DNA of 63,273 bases, the filler included, from Salisapilia sapeloensis CBS 127946 (taxonomy: Eukaryota; Protista; Oomycota): assembly GCA_023334545.1 (NCBI GenBank). It is 7 parts of 7 records of this genome, joined end to end, with 100 filler letters (N's around TTAATTAATTAA, not from the genome) between each part and the next. Parts side by side here need not be neighbours in the genome. Positions count along the whole stretch, not along the records: positions 40,850 to 57,549 come from JAADVB010000351.1; 6 more parts are not named here. The stretch is one strand, 5' to 3'. Shown piece after piece: positions 44,982-56,215 of the stretch. Numbering within the stretch: the stretch's first letter is position 1; each line of letters begins with the position of its first letter. The position numbers were made by a program, and so were the translations under genes. The notes beneath the pieces were generated by a model, which was not told the origin of the DNA, did not search any database, and worked only from the letters and a program-made list of their open reading frames with translations.

Positions 44982-47900
44982 ATGGAAACAGTCGCGGAGA
45001 ATCGTTCGCGTCGGCACCACACGACTGATCGGCGGCGTCAAGCTGCCCCTTACGATACCTCAAATCCCGAGGATCAATCCAGTCTAACGTCTTCCTTTGA
45101 CTCGGACGTTGAGGACGCAGAGCCCGCCTCGTTCTTTGATCGTGTTGCCAGTTACATCCCCTTTGTCAGTCGAATGGCAAGTGAGAAGCAAGTACAAATT
45201 CATACGCGTCAAACAAGTACGACGGAAGGTGGAAAACCAGTTCGTCGTGAAGATATTGAAGAAGTGACCGTACTTCCTACCAACGAAGAAACGGCTTCAG
45301 CACCGGAAGTACTCATTAAACAGTCGGTTACACGTACAGTCGACTCGAAATCTAGTGATAAGGAGCAAGTAAACCAAGAAACCTCTCCTGTGGATAAAAG
45401 TAGTGATAAAGTGCAGGAGGACGAGATCCCGAGTACGCAGGAGACGGAAGAGGGAGACGAAGAGCCTGCCCAACCTCCTCGTCGTCGTCAAAGCAGCGTC
45501 AATTCGCACCATAGCGAAACGTCGAGCCGACACTCGGATCACCACCGACCCCATCACGTGATTGAGGAACTAGGACCGGTGCTACCAAGGTCTCGGCGGC
45601 GTACAACTACTCCACCAACAAAGGCGTACGTACCTACATCCCACTCGTACCGCAAATCTTCGCGTCGCCGCCACAAACCCTCTAGCACGAATTCTCCCGC
45701 CGACTCTGCCTCGACTGCTATTAGCCAGAAGAAACCGATCTCGTACGACGAATACAAACGACTGGAGCAGCAGTTACGAGAGCTTGTGGATACGACTCCA
45801 GAGTCTGCTGTCGTGCTAACGAAAGACGCGTTCCACCGAGGTCTAGAAGCACAACTACCATCATCTCGTTCGTCCCACGCACCTTCGCGTCGACAGGAAA
45901 AGTCGGACAACAGTCATTCCGACGCGTCTGAATCGAATTTAGGTAAACGCAGTCGCGAGTCACCACTCCCGTTCTCGTTCTCGGAGGTACCGCCGAAAAA
46001 TCTCTTTAGTTTGTCTCGTGAACAACGTCTTGCGCGTAAACCACGTATGCCAGCTGTCTTAGCTGGACGTTCAAAGCAGGAGAAGGAGCAGTTCTCGGCT
46101 CAATTGTCTGAACGCATCCTCGCATCGTTGAAAAAGATCGAAGAGCCTGTGAAATTGTCGGGTTCCAAGTCATCTCTTTCCTGGGCCAAGTGCCATCTCG
46201 CACTATCCGATCGGGATGGAGCGGAAGAACGTACGCTAACAAAGTTCCCCAAGCTCGGTGATGCACCTCCGAAATCCACGCTGCCGCCTGCGTATCCTCA
46301 AAAGGTCGGATACGGCCTCGGGTCTCTTGATGACGATGTGAAGACTAGCTTGGGACGTACGTATGAAGAAGACATGCTCGCATCTCCGGTGAAAATGAAG
46401 GCAAAGCGTGCTTCGACATATGATGGAGAAGTGTACAGCTTCCAACTGCCACGTGCCACACAGGATGTGGATATGGATGCAGACGAAACGGACGGCATGA
46501 ATTTCTCTTTCTCTGCACCACCGTCGCAGCGTGAACCGCCACAGACGTCGATGAAGAAATCTGACGACAGGATGTTTTCGTTCATGCCGCCAAGTCCGAA
46601 AGCTCCGACGGAAGGTGTCGCTGTTCGATCCGTCAAACCGACTCCATCTGCAGAATCTGATGAGCCTACGCGTACCACTCCTGAACCAACGTCGGGTGAA
46701 AATCCCCTTGCCAAGTTTATGAAGGTTGCAGCAGGTAGCTGGAAGTGCTCCACGTGTGCTGTCACGAACGATTCCGTGGCGAGTAAATGCGTCTGCTGTG
46801 ATGCAGCTAAACCAGCTAGTGAAGAAGCACCTGCGTCTGACAAACCCGAGGAGACGCCTGCACCTGAGAAGTCTACGGAGACGCCTGTACCTGCTACGAA
46901 TCCGTTGGCCAAATTTATGCAGACGGAACCTGGTAGCTGGAGATGTTCTGGATGCTCCGTCTTGAACAAACCGACGCAGGACAAGTGTCCATGCTGTGAC
47001 GCGTCCAAACCAGGTGCCCCTACCACATCTGCACCTGAAGCACCGAAAGAAACACCAGCATCTAGCTTTTCTTTTGGTGTCTCTGCTGCAACTACGTCTG
47101 CGCCCAAGTCTCCCGTGGCCACTGGAGGCTTTACGTTTGGTGCTTCGACACAGCCGGAGGAAGAGACGACTCGATCGTTCTCGTTTGGAGCTCCTTTATC
47201 TACTGAAGCACCTGCCTCTACTTCATTTGGTTTCAGTGCATCAAAGCCGAGTGAAGAACCAAAGGCTGCGTCTGGCTTCTCGTTTGGTGTTCAGGAGTCT
47301 TCGACACCTTCGACGTTTGGAGCGTCTTCATCGACGTCAGACTCGACTTTCACGTTTCAACCACCAAGGGATGGGGCAGAGTCGGCCCCTGCCGCAACAG
47401 ACGAAGCGCAGCCTGCTTTCAGCTTCTCTGTGCGTGACAAGTCTGCATCTACCCCATCCTTTTCATTCGGTAGTGCTTCCTCTTCGCATGGAAAACGAAA
47501 GGATAGAGAGGAGGAGGAAGCTCCTAGTGCTAAACGTACTGAGGTAGCAGCTCCTACGTTCTCTTTCGGTGGACAGAGCAAGACGGATGCATCTACGTCG
47601 TTCGAAGCGAGTGCCAAGAAGACTGAAGAGAAGAAACCCGCGTCTTCTGGCTTTAGCTTTAGTGCTCCAAAGGATACATCGGATGGACAGCCTTCGTCTG
47701 GCTTTAGCCTCGTTTCTCATAGTAAACCGGAGGAGACATCTAGCTTTGGCTTTAGTGCTCCGAAAGACAAGGCAGAGGAGAAGACGTCAACTGGATTCAG
47801 CCTGATCTCTTCCCAGGACAAACCAGAAGAGAAGGCATCGTCTGGCTTTACGTTTGGTGCTTCCAAGACACCAGAGAAGACGTCTTCTGGATTTAGCTTT

Positions 47901-49343
47901 GGCTCTTCGCAAGAAACATCCAGCAAGCCGTCGTCTAGCTTTGCGTTTGGTAATGCTCCGAAGGAGACACCGGAGAAATCTTCCTCTGGCTTTACGTTCG
48001 GTAGTGCCTCGAAGGATAAGCCAGAGGAAAAGTCATCTAGCTTTACTTCTGGTGTTTCCAAGGATACTTCTGAGATGAAGTCTTCTGGCTTTAGCTTTGG
48101 TTCGTCTGGAGACAAGACAGAGACAACTCCGTCTTCTTCCTTTACAATCGGATCGAAAGACACGTCGAGTGATAAGGATGCATCTAGCTCTGCTTCTCAA
48201 GCTACGCCAGAGAAATCTTCGGATGCGCCTGCATTTACATTTGGCTCCAAGAGTGATGCTGGACAATCTACTTCGACTCCATCCTTTACGTTTGGTTCGC
48301 AAGAAACGTCGAAACCAGCGTCTCAACCGGCATTCACATTCGGTAGTTCGAAATCTAAGGAAAGTGCTTCGACTGTCGAGCAGACGTCGAGAGGAGACAC
48401 ATCCACTACTCCTGTCACGAAACCTACGTTTACGTTCGGTGCATCCTCCACTTCTGCTCCTGCCTTTGGCGGATCTGACAAACAGGACACTTCTACCTTT
48501 ACGTTTGGTGCTACTGACGCCTCCAAGCCCCCAGCTTCTTCGCTTGCTTTAACACATAGCTCCTCGAGCAGTGACGCCATGATGCAGTCGCCTACACCTG
48601 CCAGTGCTAGCACTGAGAAACGCACGACATCCTTTGGCTCGAACGACAAGGACAGCTCGTTCGTCTTTGGTGGCGCACCATCTGCATCAACTGCTTCCTC
48701 CGCCTTTGGTGCCACGAGTAACACGTCTGCTCCGTCCTTTGGATTTGGCGCTGGAGCGAATGAGAACAAGTCGTCGTTCGGATTCGGATCTAATACGTCG
48801 TCTGCACCTGCCTTTGGAGACAACACGTTCGGATCGAATAACACGCAGCCTGCTCCGGCGTTTGGCAACAACGCGTCGTTCAATGCATCGAACGCTGCTG
48901 GAGCAAGCTCTGGTTTCAATGCGCCAGCGACTTCGGGCTTTGGTGCATCGCAACCGTCGTCTGGCTTTGGCAACAACCAAGCATCTGGCTTTGGTGCCAG
49001 CGCCTTTGGATCCCAGCCAGCCTTTAGCCAAGCTCCAAGCACGGGCTTTGGTGCATCAACTGGAGCGTCGAATGGCTTTGGCAGCACGTCTTTTAATGCA
49101 CCTGCGTTTGGTGCGCCTGCGAGCAGTAGCTTTGGTGGTCAGGCGCAGACGCAGAGTCAACCGGCGTTTGGTGCGCAGCCTAGTGGCAATGCGTTTGGTG
49201 CCCCTGCCTCTGGCTTTGGTCAGTCTGGTGGTGCGAATGGTGCACCTGGCGGTGGATTTAGCATGGGTGCGGCTCCACAGCAGCAGCAGGCGAATACTCG
49301 TGGTCGACGTATTCTCCGTGCGAGACCTCGGAAGAGAAATTAA
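44982..49343 (+). CDS. Nup153/Nup1-like nuclear basket FG nucleoporin with two RanBP2-type zinc fingers
   Basis: 1453 aa intronless ORF. Fingers GSWKCSTCAVTN...KCVCC and GSWRCSGCSVLN...KCPCC, dozens of FxFG/FG repeats, and a basic C-terminal RRILRARPRKRN. Confidence 0.85.
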   Translation: METVAENRSRRHHTTDRRRQAAPYDTSNPEDQSSLTSSFDSDVEDAEPASFFDRVASYIPFVSRMASEKQVQIHTRQTSTTEGGKPVRREDIEEVTVLPTNEETASAPEVLIKQSVTRTVDSKSSDKEQVNQETSPVDKSSDKVQEDEIPSTQETEEGDEEPAQPPRRRQSSVNSHHSETSSRHSDHHRPHHVIEELGPVLPRSRRRTTTPPTKAYVPTSHSYRKSSRRRHKPSSTNSPADSASTAISQKKPISYDEYKRLEQQLRELVDTTPESAVVLTKDAFHRGLEAQLPSSRSSHAPSRRQEKSDNSHSDASESNLGKRSRESPLPFSFSEVPPKNLFSLSREQRLARKPRMPAVLAGRSKQEKEQFSAQLSERILASLKKIEEPVKLSGSKSSLSWAKCHLALSDRDGAEERTLTKFPKLGDAPPKSTLPPAYPQKVGYGLGSLDDDVKTSLGRTYEEDMLASPVKMKAKRASTYDGEVYSFQLPRATQDVDMDADETDGMNFSFSAPPSQREPPQTSMKKSDDRMFSFMPPSPKAPTEGVAVRSVKPTPSAESDEPTRTTPEPTSGENPLAKFMKVAAGSWKCSTCAVTNDSVASKCVCCDAAKPASEEAPASDKPEETPAPEKSTETPVPATNPLAKFMQTEPGSWRCSGCSVLNKPTQDKCPCCDASKPGAPTTSAPEAPKETPASSFSFGVSAATTSAPKSPVATGGFTFGASTQPEEETTRSFSFGAPLSTEAPASTSFGFSASKPSEEPKAASGFSFGVQESSTPSTFGASSSTSDSTFTFQPPRDGAESAPAATDEAQPAFSFSVRDKSASTPSFSFGSASSSHGKRKDREEEEAPSAKRTEVAAPTFSFGGQSKTDASTSFEASAKKTEEKKPASSGFSFSAPKDTSDGQPSSGFSLVSHSKPEETSSFGFSAPKDKAEEKTSTGFSLISSQDKPEEKASSGFTFGASKTPEKTSSGFSFGSSQETSSKPSSSFAFGNAPKETPEKSSSGFTFGSASKDKPEEKSSSFTSGVSKDTSEMKSSGFSFGSSGDKTETTPSSSFTIGSKDTSSDKDASSSASQATPEKSSDAPAFTFGSKSDAGQSTSTPSFTFGSQETSKPASQPAFTFGSSKSKESASTVEQTSRGDTSTTPVTKPTFTFGASSTSAPAFGGSDKQDTSTFTFGATDASKPPASSLALTHSSSSSDAMMQSPTPASASTEKRTTSFGSNDKDSSFVFGGAPSASTASSAFGATSNTSAPSFGFGAGANENKSSFGFGSNTSSAPAFGDNTFGSNNTQPAPAFGNNASFNASNAAGASSGFNAPATSGFGASQPSSGFGNNQASGFGASAFGSQPAFSQAPSTGFGASTGASNGFGSTSFNAPAFGAPASSSFGGQAQTQSQPAFGAQPSGNAFGAPASGFGQSGGANGAPGGGFSMGAAPQQQQANTRGRRILRARPRKRN

Positions 49344-49542
49344 GATGGAAAATTAGCATCGTGGTCATGTGTCTGCTTGGCGTATTTAAATCATGAGATT
49401 CTCTAGGTAGCTTTCGGAAATAAAAGAAGCTTTCTTTTCTTGATGCGAGGTTATTTATAGTTGAGAAGTGCTTAGTGTCTGAGGAGAGCGTTGGGTAGAA
49501 GAGTTTTGCATCTCATTCGAGCTTTGACAAGGTACGACGAAG

Positions 49543-50732
49543 ATGACGGATGCTGGAGTCTCTGAGGCCGTGAGCATTGGCAACTACAAGGGCGTTATGC
49601 TCTGTAATCGACCATTCCAAGGCGTCAGTAGCAGTAAGCACAGACTCTTGCAGTGTAGATGGATAGAGCTAAGAGATGGTGGATGTAGCTCTGGCAAAGG
49701 AGTGTAAACCGACCGTGTCTGGACCAAATTTGAGTGATAACACCAAGGCTGCGTTTTTGGCTGGTAACCCAGGCGAACCACTTGGGCTTAATGTGCCGAT
49801 CTTAGACGAACCATCGGTAAGGACAGCTAGTACGAGTTATGGATTGAACGCATCTTATCTTGGTGCGGATAGCATGCTATTAAGCGGAGCAAGAAGGACA
49901 CTGCGCTTTCCAAGCATAAAAAGTGGCTGCATGATCTTCAAAAGGAACGCCAAGAACTACAAGAAGCTCTTAAGTGCGAGGATGAACGCAAGCGTGAGCG
50001 ACATGAAAAGTAACTTCTTTATGAGATCACTGGTACTTGTAAGATCTGAAGCATATGCCATGTAGGTTCCGACAGCGTGAGGCCAAGTATCGTGGTATCA
50101 TTCGTCAACGCCGAAACAATAATGACGATGATGAATCCGACGGAAAAGATGTCGCTAAACGACCCATGTGGGCACTGACCAAGGAAGGCGCTGAAGTGAA
50201 GCAAGAGATGATGGAAGATCACGAGGCAGACGATCTGATCAACTTTGCGAATAACTTGGATTTGGATCAGTTCATGGATGATGTCGAGATCAAGGCTAAG
50301 ATTTCACAAGTGGAAAAGCAAATGGAAGAGCTACAGACTATTGTGAATCAAGAAGAGAGCGAAGAGAAACGGCTTGAGCAAGCCGAAAAGGACGAAGAAC
50401 TGAGCGAACGACAGCAGTCTCTTTTGAATGCGGAAAATTTGTCACGATTCGGTGGAAACGATGATCGCGATGATCCAGAAGATGATGCAGTTACCGTTGC
50501 CTCCACTGTGCTCTCCGAATGCAAATCCATTCGATCCGTGCACTCGATGAGGTCGCTCACTGCGCTCACGAGACGAGCGGAAGCGAAAACTGGCAGTTCC
50601 AGTATCATGAGCGAGGATCAAGTGTCCGTCGATCCAAAGATCATCACCGTGGATGAAGATGCAGGAGTGCGTGCACAACTTAAAAAGCACCCGAGTAACC
50701 TGCCGTACATTCATCGAAACCCAGCAATTTGA
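49543..50732 (+). CDS. Coiled-coil protein of unknown function, 340 aa; join(49543..49633,49689..49816,49873..50009,50066..50732)
   Basis: Three GT-AG introns (55, 56 and 56 nt) give one frame with IGNYKGVMLCNRP, LSKHKKWLHDL, RPMWALT, DDLINFANNLD and C-terminal SNLPYIHRNPAI. Confidence 0.78.
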
Positions 50733-51147
50733 AGCGAGTAGAAGTGGAAACCTGACTATCAAGAGGAATTATAACAATACTAGGAAAGAGTTCGTAAATC
50801 AAACAACGACTGTGCTAGCACATTCATGTGCCTTTTCTATTATATATAAGCCAAAGGGTCATCTCAATCAACTTGATCAGGAACCCACAATGTTCTCTGG
50901 TTTCCACAAATACATTGATTACCGTGCCACTTTTTTCTCACATGACGTTGCTACAGAGTTAGTTTGTAGTGCCTACATGCACACCCAAGTATTTTCCAGT
51001 GTGATACGAAGCTAACCCACGTATAAAGCTGGTATAGCGAAGGAGTAGGTTGATGGCCGAAGTCATTCTGTTCACCATTTGACTTGAACAAAGTATGAAA
51101 CCGTTCGAGTGAAAATACTCAGAGGTTATTTCGCACGCGATCGAATA

Positions 51148-53757
51148 ATGTGGAATTGGTTGACAGACCACTTTGGCTCTGACGACAACCATCGTTCCCG
51201 TCTATCCTCTCTCTTCTCCCCTCCATCATCCTCTGGATCCCAAATAGCTGCAGCACTAGCTGGGTCTGGTGATGACTACAAGTACTCTATCGATCGTATG
51301 CAGCGACTGCATTCTCGCCTACAGCGCTTCGAGTCTTTGCCTGAAAACGATGTCATTGAGCTATTAAGAGCACTTTCCGAGTTTCTAGTGTATGCAGACC
51401 AGACGCCACCAGAATCTACTACTGGACGCGCGTCTAGCCAACGCATGAACTGCTTCGAATACTTCTGTGAAGCGAATATGCTTGGCTTGTTGGTCCAACT
51501 AAGTCAGCACCAGAAGAAGCATCAGTCGCCTGCTGTCCAGACACAGCTCCTACAGACCGTTAGCATCCTCATACAGAATATCGCGACACCTACATCGCTG
51601 TATTACTTGCTGTCGAACAACCATGTCAATCATTTATTAGAAGCTCCGTTCGACATTTCGAGTGACGATGACGTCCGCGACTGGTTCGTCACATTGCTCA
51701 AGGCTCTATCACTACGTCTAAATAAAGAAACCGTCCAATTTTTCTTCGACCGGCAGCATGATGCATTCCCATTGTACGTTCAAGCTCTGCGTCTCCGTCG
51801 ATGCCCAGACCCGATGGTCGGTGTCGCCGTCAAGACACTCGTATTAAACATCCTTCGTGTACCAGACGATCGTGTGCGGCAGTTTGTACTTCAGTATCAA
51901 GACGGAGCATACTTCCATGAGCTCGCGACAGCTCTAAACGACAGGGCACTGGAGCTACAGCAGCAACTAACATTCGACATCCCAAGTCAATTGGATCCGT
52001 ACAAGGTACAGGAAAAGGTAGAAGACTATGTCGACCACTGTTTCTACCTGCAAGACCTTCTAGATGTGAACATCCCAGAACTCTGTTATCTCCTCGGCGA
52101 CCTCGTCTACAATCGCCACTTTCGTGGACTACTTGTCGGCAGCATCTTGCCAAATTGTAACTTACCAACTGCTTACCGTCGTGTATCTACTCAAGTCGCA
52201 CTCTATCTAGTCACGAGAGCTCTTGGTATCTTTGACCACACACCTCTCGTAAATGCGCTCGCGTTTCTATTATTACATCACGAAGGCTCGGAGCATGCCA
52301 CCTATTCTGCCGTAGCACTCGGTTCTGGCGGTCGAAGTAACTCGAGCTCTTCCTTCCAGGACGTTCAAAACAGAGAAAGCCTAGTAGTCAAGTATGAAAA
52401 AGCACAGACGTTTGTACCACACTCAGATGACAAGTGTCGTACGAATGAAAGATGCTATCTTGAACATTGCTACGATAGTGGAGACTGGTCATTGGAAGAT
52501 GTCGAAGCGTTCCATCCTTCAAGTGATACGAACTGTGTCTACCAGGCACTGTGTCACTTGATGCACTCTCAACACCATCATCTATCGTCGTCTGCTGTAC
52601 TCGTTTTCTTGGCTGTGCTTGATAATAATGCGATTGACTACTCTCTAGTCCATGAACTACGTCTTCGATGTGCATCTTTCCGACATACAAAGCAGCATGA
52701 GCTTACACAGGAGGATGATGATAGTAGACACGATGTGGAAGAAGAAACGTCGAGTATGTCGGATGTATCCGTTAATTCCGAGTCGAATGCACACGAGTAT
52801 CAGAAGTGGATCGTCCAGAAAGCTTTTAAACTATTATCCAAAAGGTCTCGACTCCTAGATGCGCAGCTATGCACTCGATTGCTTATGGAAAGCATGGTGG
52901 AAAGTCGACAAGGAGCGACATGGACTACGACATGCCTTGCATCAGACGATCGAGAGGAGCTCCAAGCTTTGTATGCTTCCTCTTCTCAAACGATATACCA
53001 GGCAATGATAGACGAGAGTGCATCGTCATCTCTCTTTATAACGCTGGTTGAAGAAGCTTACAATGCTTTCCTTCAAAGCGACTTTCCTTGTCGTTTGCAA
53101 CTCACGAGCTGTTCTCCTTTCGAGTATCTCATCGATGATCCGACAGCCTTTGCTTCCGATCCATTTACGAACCAAGCTCCGACCATTCGAGAACGCCAAC
53201 CGATAAATGACATAGAGCAAGTACAATTGTCTTTGCATATCTTGTTGCTCCTGCGAAAGCTACGACAAGAGCTTGACCCTACCTTCGAAGATGACTTGGA
53301 TCAGGTCGTCGTGAAAGAGGAGGATCGTATTGGTGATGATAGTCTGAAGCATATGGAAGGACTGGCTTGTCGATGGGGAGACCACGGTCATTGCTCTTGT
53401 CCATCCAACCTCAGCTTTGTGCTGACAGACGAGATGCTGACGGTCGTGGAAACCGTCGTGAATACAAAAGATAGTGAACGACTCCAGCTACGCATCGATA
53501 TGAATCGAATCAGCACTTTAATAGATACTCGAGATCGACGTCTACTCCACTTGACGCTATGGTCGTCCAATCCTATCGACAAATGGAAGAAGCTGAGGAA
53601 TACGGACATGATGGCGGACGGAATCGATCAGTATACTGCTGCTCTTCTCTTCACCACTGCTCAGGACTGTCAAATAGCTCACGAACATGTCGAGAAGAAG
53701 CGAGCGGACGTATGTAGAAGTAGATATGAGCAACTAGTTAATCTCTTTAGGCCATGA
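51148..53757 (+). CDS. CLEC16A: CLEC16A/TT9/gop-1 family protein (FPL domain)
   Basis: FEYFCEANML...QLLQTVSILIQNI..PTSLYYLLSNNHVN...LKALSLRLNKETVQFFF...FPLY is the FPL-domain signature. Confidence 0.85.
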   Translation: MWNWLTDHFGSDDNHRSRLSSLFSPPSSSGSQIAAALAGSGDDYKYSIDRMQRLHSRLQRFESLPENDVIELLRALSEFLVYADQTPPESTTGRASSQRMNCFEYFCEANMLGLLVQLSQHQKKHQSPAVQTQLLQTVSILIQNIATPTSLYYLLSNNHVNHLLEAPFDISSDDDVRDWFVTLLKALSLRLNKETVQFFFDRQHDAFPLYVQALRLRRCPDPMVGVAVKTLVLNILRVPDDRVRQFVLQYQDGAYFHELATALNDRALELQQQLTFDIPSQLDPYKVQEKVEDYVDHCFYLQDLLDVNIPELCYLLGDLVYNRHFRGLLVGSILPNCNLPTAYRRVSTQVALYLVTRALGIFDHTPLVNALAFLLLHHEGSEHATYSAVALGSGGRSNSSSSFQDVQNRESLVVKYEKAQTFVPHSDDKCRTNERCYLEHCYDSGDWSLEDVEAFHPSSDTNCVYQALCHLMHSQHHHLSSSAVLVFLAVLDNNAIDYSLVHELRLRCASFRHTKQHELTQEDDDSRHDVEEETSSMSDVSVNSESNAHEYQKWIVQKAFKLLSKRSRLLDAQLCTRLLMESMVESRQGATWTTTCLASDDREELQALYASSSQTIYQAMIDESASSSLFITLVEEAYNAFLQSDFPCRLQLTSCSPFEYLIDDPTAFASDPFTNQAPTIRERQPINDIEQVQLSLHILLLLRKLRQELDPTFEDDLDQVVVKEEDRIGDDSLKHMEGLACRWGDHGHCSCPSNLSFVLTDEMLTVVETVVNTKDSERLQLRIDMNRISTLIDTRDRRLLHLTLWSSNPIDKWKKLRNTDMMADGIDQYTAALLFTTAQDCQIAHEHVEKKRADVCRSRYEQLVNLFRP

Positions 53758-53866
53758 CGTGCTAGATCGGATAGAGTAGACTCGTACCAAGTCGCTAGAA
53801 ACTCCCATAACCTGTCACATTTAATACCATCGGGAATCTGCACATCACTTTGTCCTGTCCACCGCC

Positions 53867-54812
53867 ATGACGGTCACGAGAGCTGCGATACGAGCCGAGA
53901 TCGGTGGCGTCCATCGGTCCACGGCAACACAGGCCCTCGATGGCTTCGTCGTCACGCAGCTCGTGGATAACGGCATGGATGAACTCGCAGCGAAAATTAA
54001 CGTCCTGACGCTGCGACTTAAACTGCTTGAAGCCACTGCCGTGCAGCAGCATGAGGACAATGACAAGCAGCGAAAGCATATTGCTAAACGATTGCAACGG
54101 AGCTTAGCTGCAGCCTGTAGACTCCTCCGGCGCCATCGACAGCAGATGTCTACGTGCATCTCGGTCGTCCAGCAGGAAGTGGATGCTGCTGCTGCTCGTG
54201 CTAGAAAGAAGCGTGTAAAGCCCATGGAACTGCCTACTCCTGATGTTGCCGGGTTTACGTATACGGAGCAGGTCATTACGCACTTCGGGGTCCTGCCTTC
54301 CACAATGGAAGAGAATGCATTGGAAGTGGGATGGCATGTAGCAGCCAAGATAGCTCGTAGTCATGAATTATGGATTCTCGCAAAAGTAAAGCAGTATGAT
54401 GGCAGGTCTGGATTGTACCAGGTAGAGGACATGGATACAGGTGATGAAAGTGATGAAGAGCACAAGGAAGGAGAAGTGAAAGGCAGATTGCACTGGGTCG
54501 AACGTCGAAGGGTGGTGGAATTACCGGCGGATGTACTAGAAGAGTACGAGTGGCTTCAATTTGAAAAGGGGCAAAAAGTGTTGGCCATGTACCCGGATAC
54601 CACCAGCTTCTATCGTGGCGTCGTCCAAATGCCCAATCCCAAAGTAGTCTTCTAATGATACATAACTGTCAAGTACTGACGAGTGCATGTAGGGCGCGCC
54701 GTGGGTCGTGCTCAAATTTGACGACGATGTGGAAGAGTTCACGAAGGCACCAGATCGTAAAGTCCCGTTCCGATTCGTTGCTCCATTGAAACCTTGGCTT
54801 GAGTCTACTTAA
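53867..54812 (+). CDS. SGF29: SAGA-associated factor 29 (tandem Tudor); join(53867..54643,54693..54812)
   Basis: VAAK...WILAKV...YQVEDMD and FEKGQKVLAMYPDTTSFYRGVV. A 49-nt intron adds VVLKFDDD...RKVPFRFV. Confidence 0.85.
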
Positions 54813-55097
54813 AGTAGCAAATACATGTCGTGTCGATCTAGTAGAAAGCATCAGATCATATTCCTTCCAACGCTCTTTTATTCTCGCCCATTAAAAATAT
54901 TTATACTTAATTAAAGTAGCAAAGCTTGTATTACGGCACGGCTTTGCCTCAATGCACTCTGTTTCGCCAAGGCAGCAGCGTAGTACGAGTGTCTGTGCGG
55001 CCGTTGGCGGATCTTTCCACCTCATTGACTAGCTATTCTCCCACATCGTCTCTACCTCCAGTCGAGTATCCCCAAGAGACGCCAATTCGATAAGATC

Positions 55098-56177
55098 ATG
55101 ACCATGGCAGAGCAATCAGTAAACACGACATCCGGGCCGGGTCGACTACCATCCAAGGTCACGGGCCATACAGATCCTCCAAGGCGTACCCAAGAACCGT
55201 CAACAATGTCTTCCCCGTCCTCCAGGTCCTCCATGGACAGCCCTGATAGTGCATACTTGCGTGAACCTGAAACAACGCTGAAAGTCGTCTTGATCGGAGA
55301 CTCGGGTGTCGGGAAGTCGAATCTCGTCCTGCGTTTCACCAAGAATAGGTATCAAGCTGATAGCACGCAAACTGTTGGTACGAAGCATATGCATACCTCA
55401 TTATGATAGTATTGAACCGACGACGTAGGCTTTGAGTTCGCGACGAAAACGCTGCGAGTGGGAGACCGTCGTCTACGTGCTCAGATATGGGATACAGCAG
55501 GACAGGAACGATTTCAATCCCTCACAGCAGCCTACTACCGAAATGCTGTGGGTGCCATGATCGTATACGACGTCACGGACCGCAGCTCTTTCGAACACGT
55601 TGCGACATGGCTGAATCAAGTCCATGAACATGCACATGAAAGCTTAGTCGTCGTGCTCGTAGGTAACAAGTGCGATCTAGCACACGTCCCGCAGACACGT
55701 GAAGTCTCGACATTCGAAGCCGCACGCTTCGCCTCGCAACATGGCATCGATTTCCTCGAAACTTCTGCTCTGGATGCGACTAACGTCATCGACGCTTTCA
55801 AGAAACTCATCGTACCAGTCGGACGACTCCTGTCTCCAACCCACCCAGATAAATCCATTGCCCAATTACCTCCAGGATGGCGACGAGTTCGCTCGCGAAC
55901 ACGGTAGCTTGGGCTCTATCTCTTTCTATCTTGATGCACTGACAGGATGTGTAGACCTGGAGAGTATTCATATGAAAATCAGTACACGAAAGAGCGTCTA
56001 GCGTTCGCACCGAAGGAGCCAGCGAAACCTTCTCAACAACGTTTTCGACCGGCACCAAATGCCGTCGGAGGTGGCTCGACCGTGACGAAAGAAAGTTTAC
56101 AAAAGCAGCATCAGCAAGCCTTCTTGGCGCAATCACATTCCCAACCATGCAGTATCTGTAACTGTGTGCTGCAATAA
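55098..56177 (+). CDS. Rab-family GTPase (Rab11-like) with a WW-like domain and CaaX end; join(55098..55377,55429..55903,55955..56177)
   Basis: G motifs GDSGVGKS, TVGFEF, WDTAGQERF, GNKCD and ETSA. Spliced LPPGWRRVRSRTRPGEYSYENQYTKE; ends CSICNCVLQ*. Two 51-nt introns. Confidence 0.85.
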
Positions 56178-56215
56178 TAACTCAGAACACAACACTTGGA
56201 TCCTTGTCACGAGTT

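Noticed and set aside
45297-49356. Many long overlapping or antisense ORFs (e.g. 48323..49087 -, 48604..49356 +, 46298..47122 -)
   Set aside because: They are shadows of the low-complexity nucleoporin frame, with no independent motifs.
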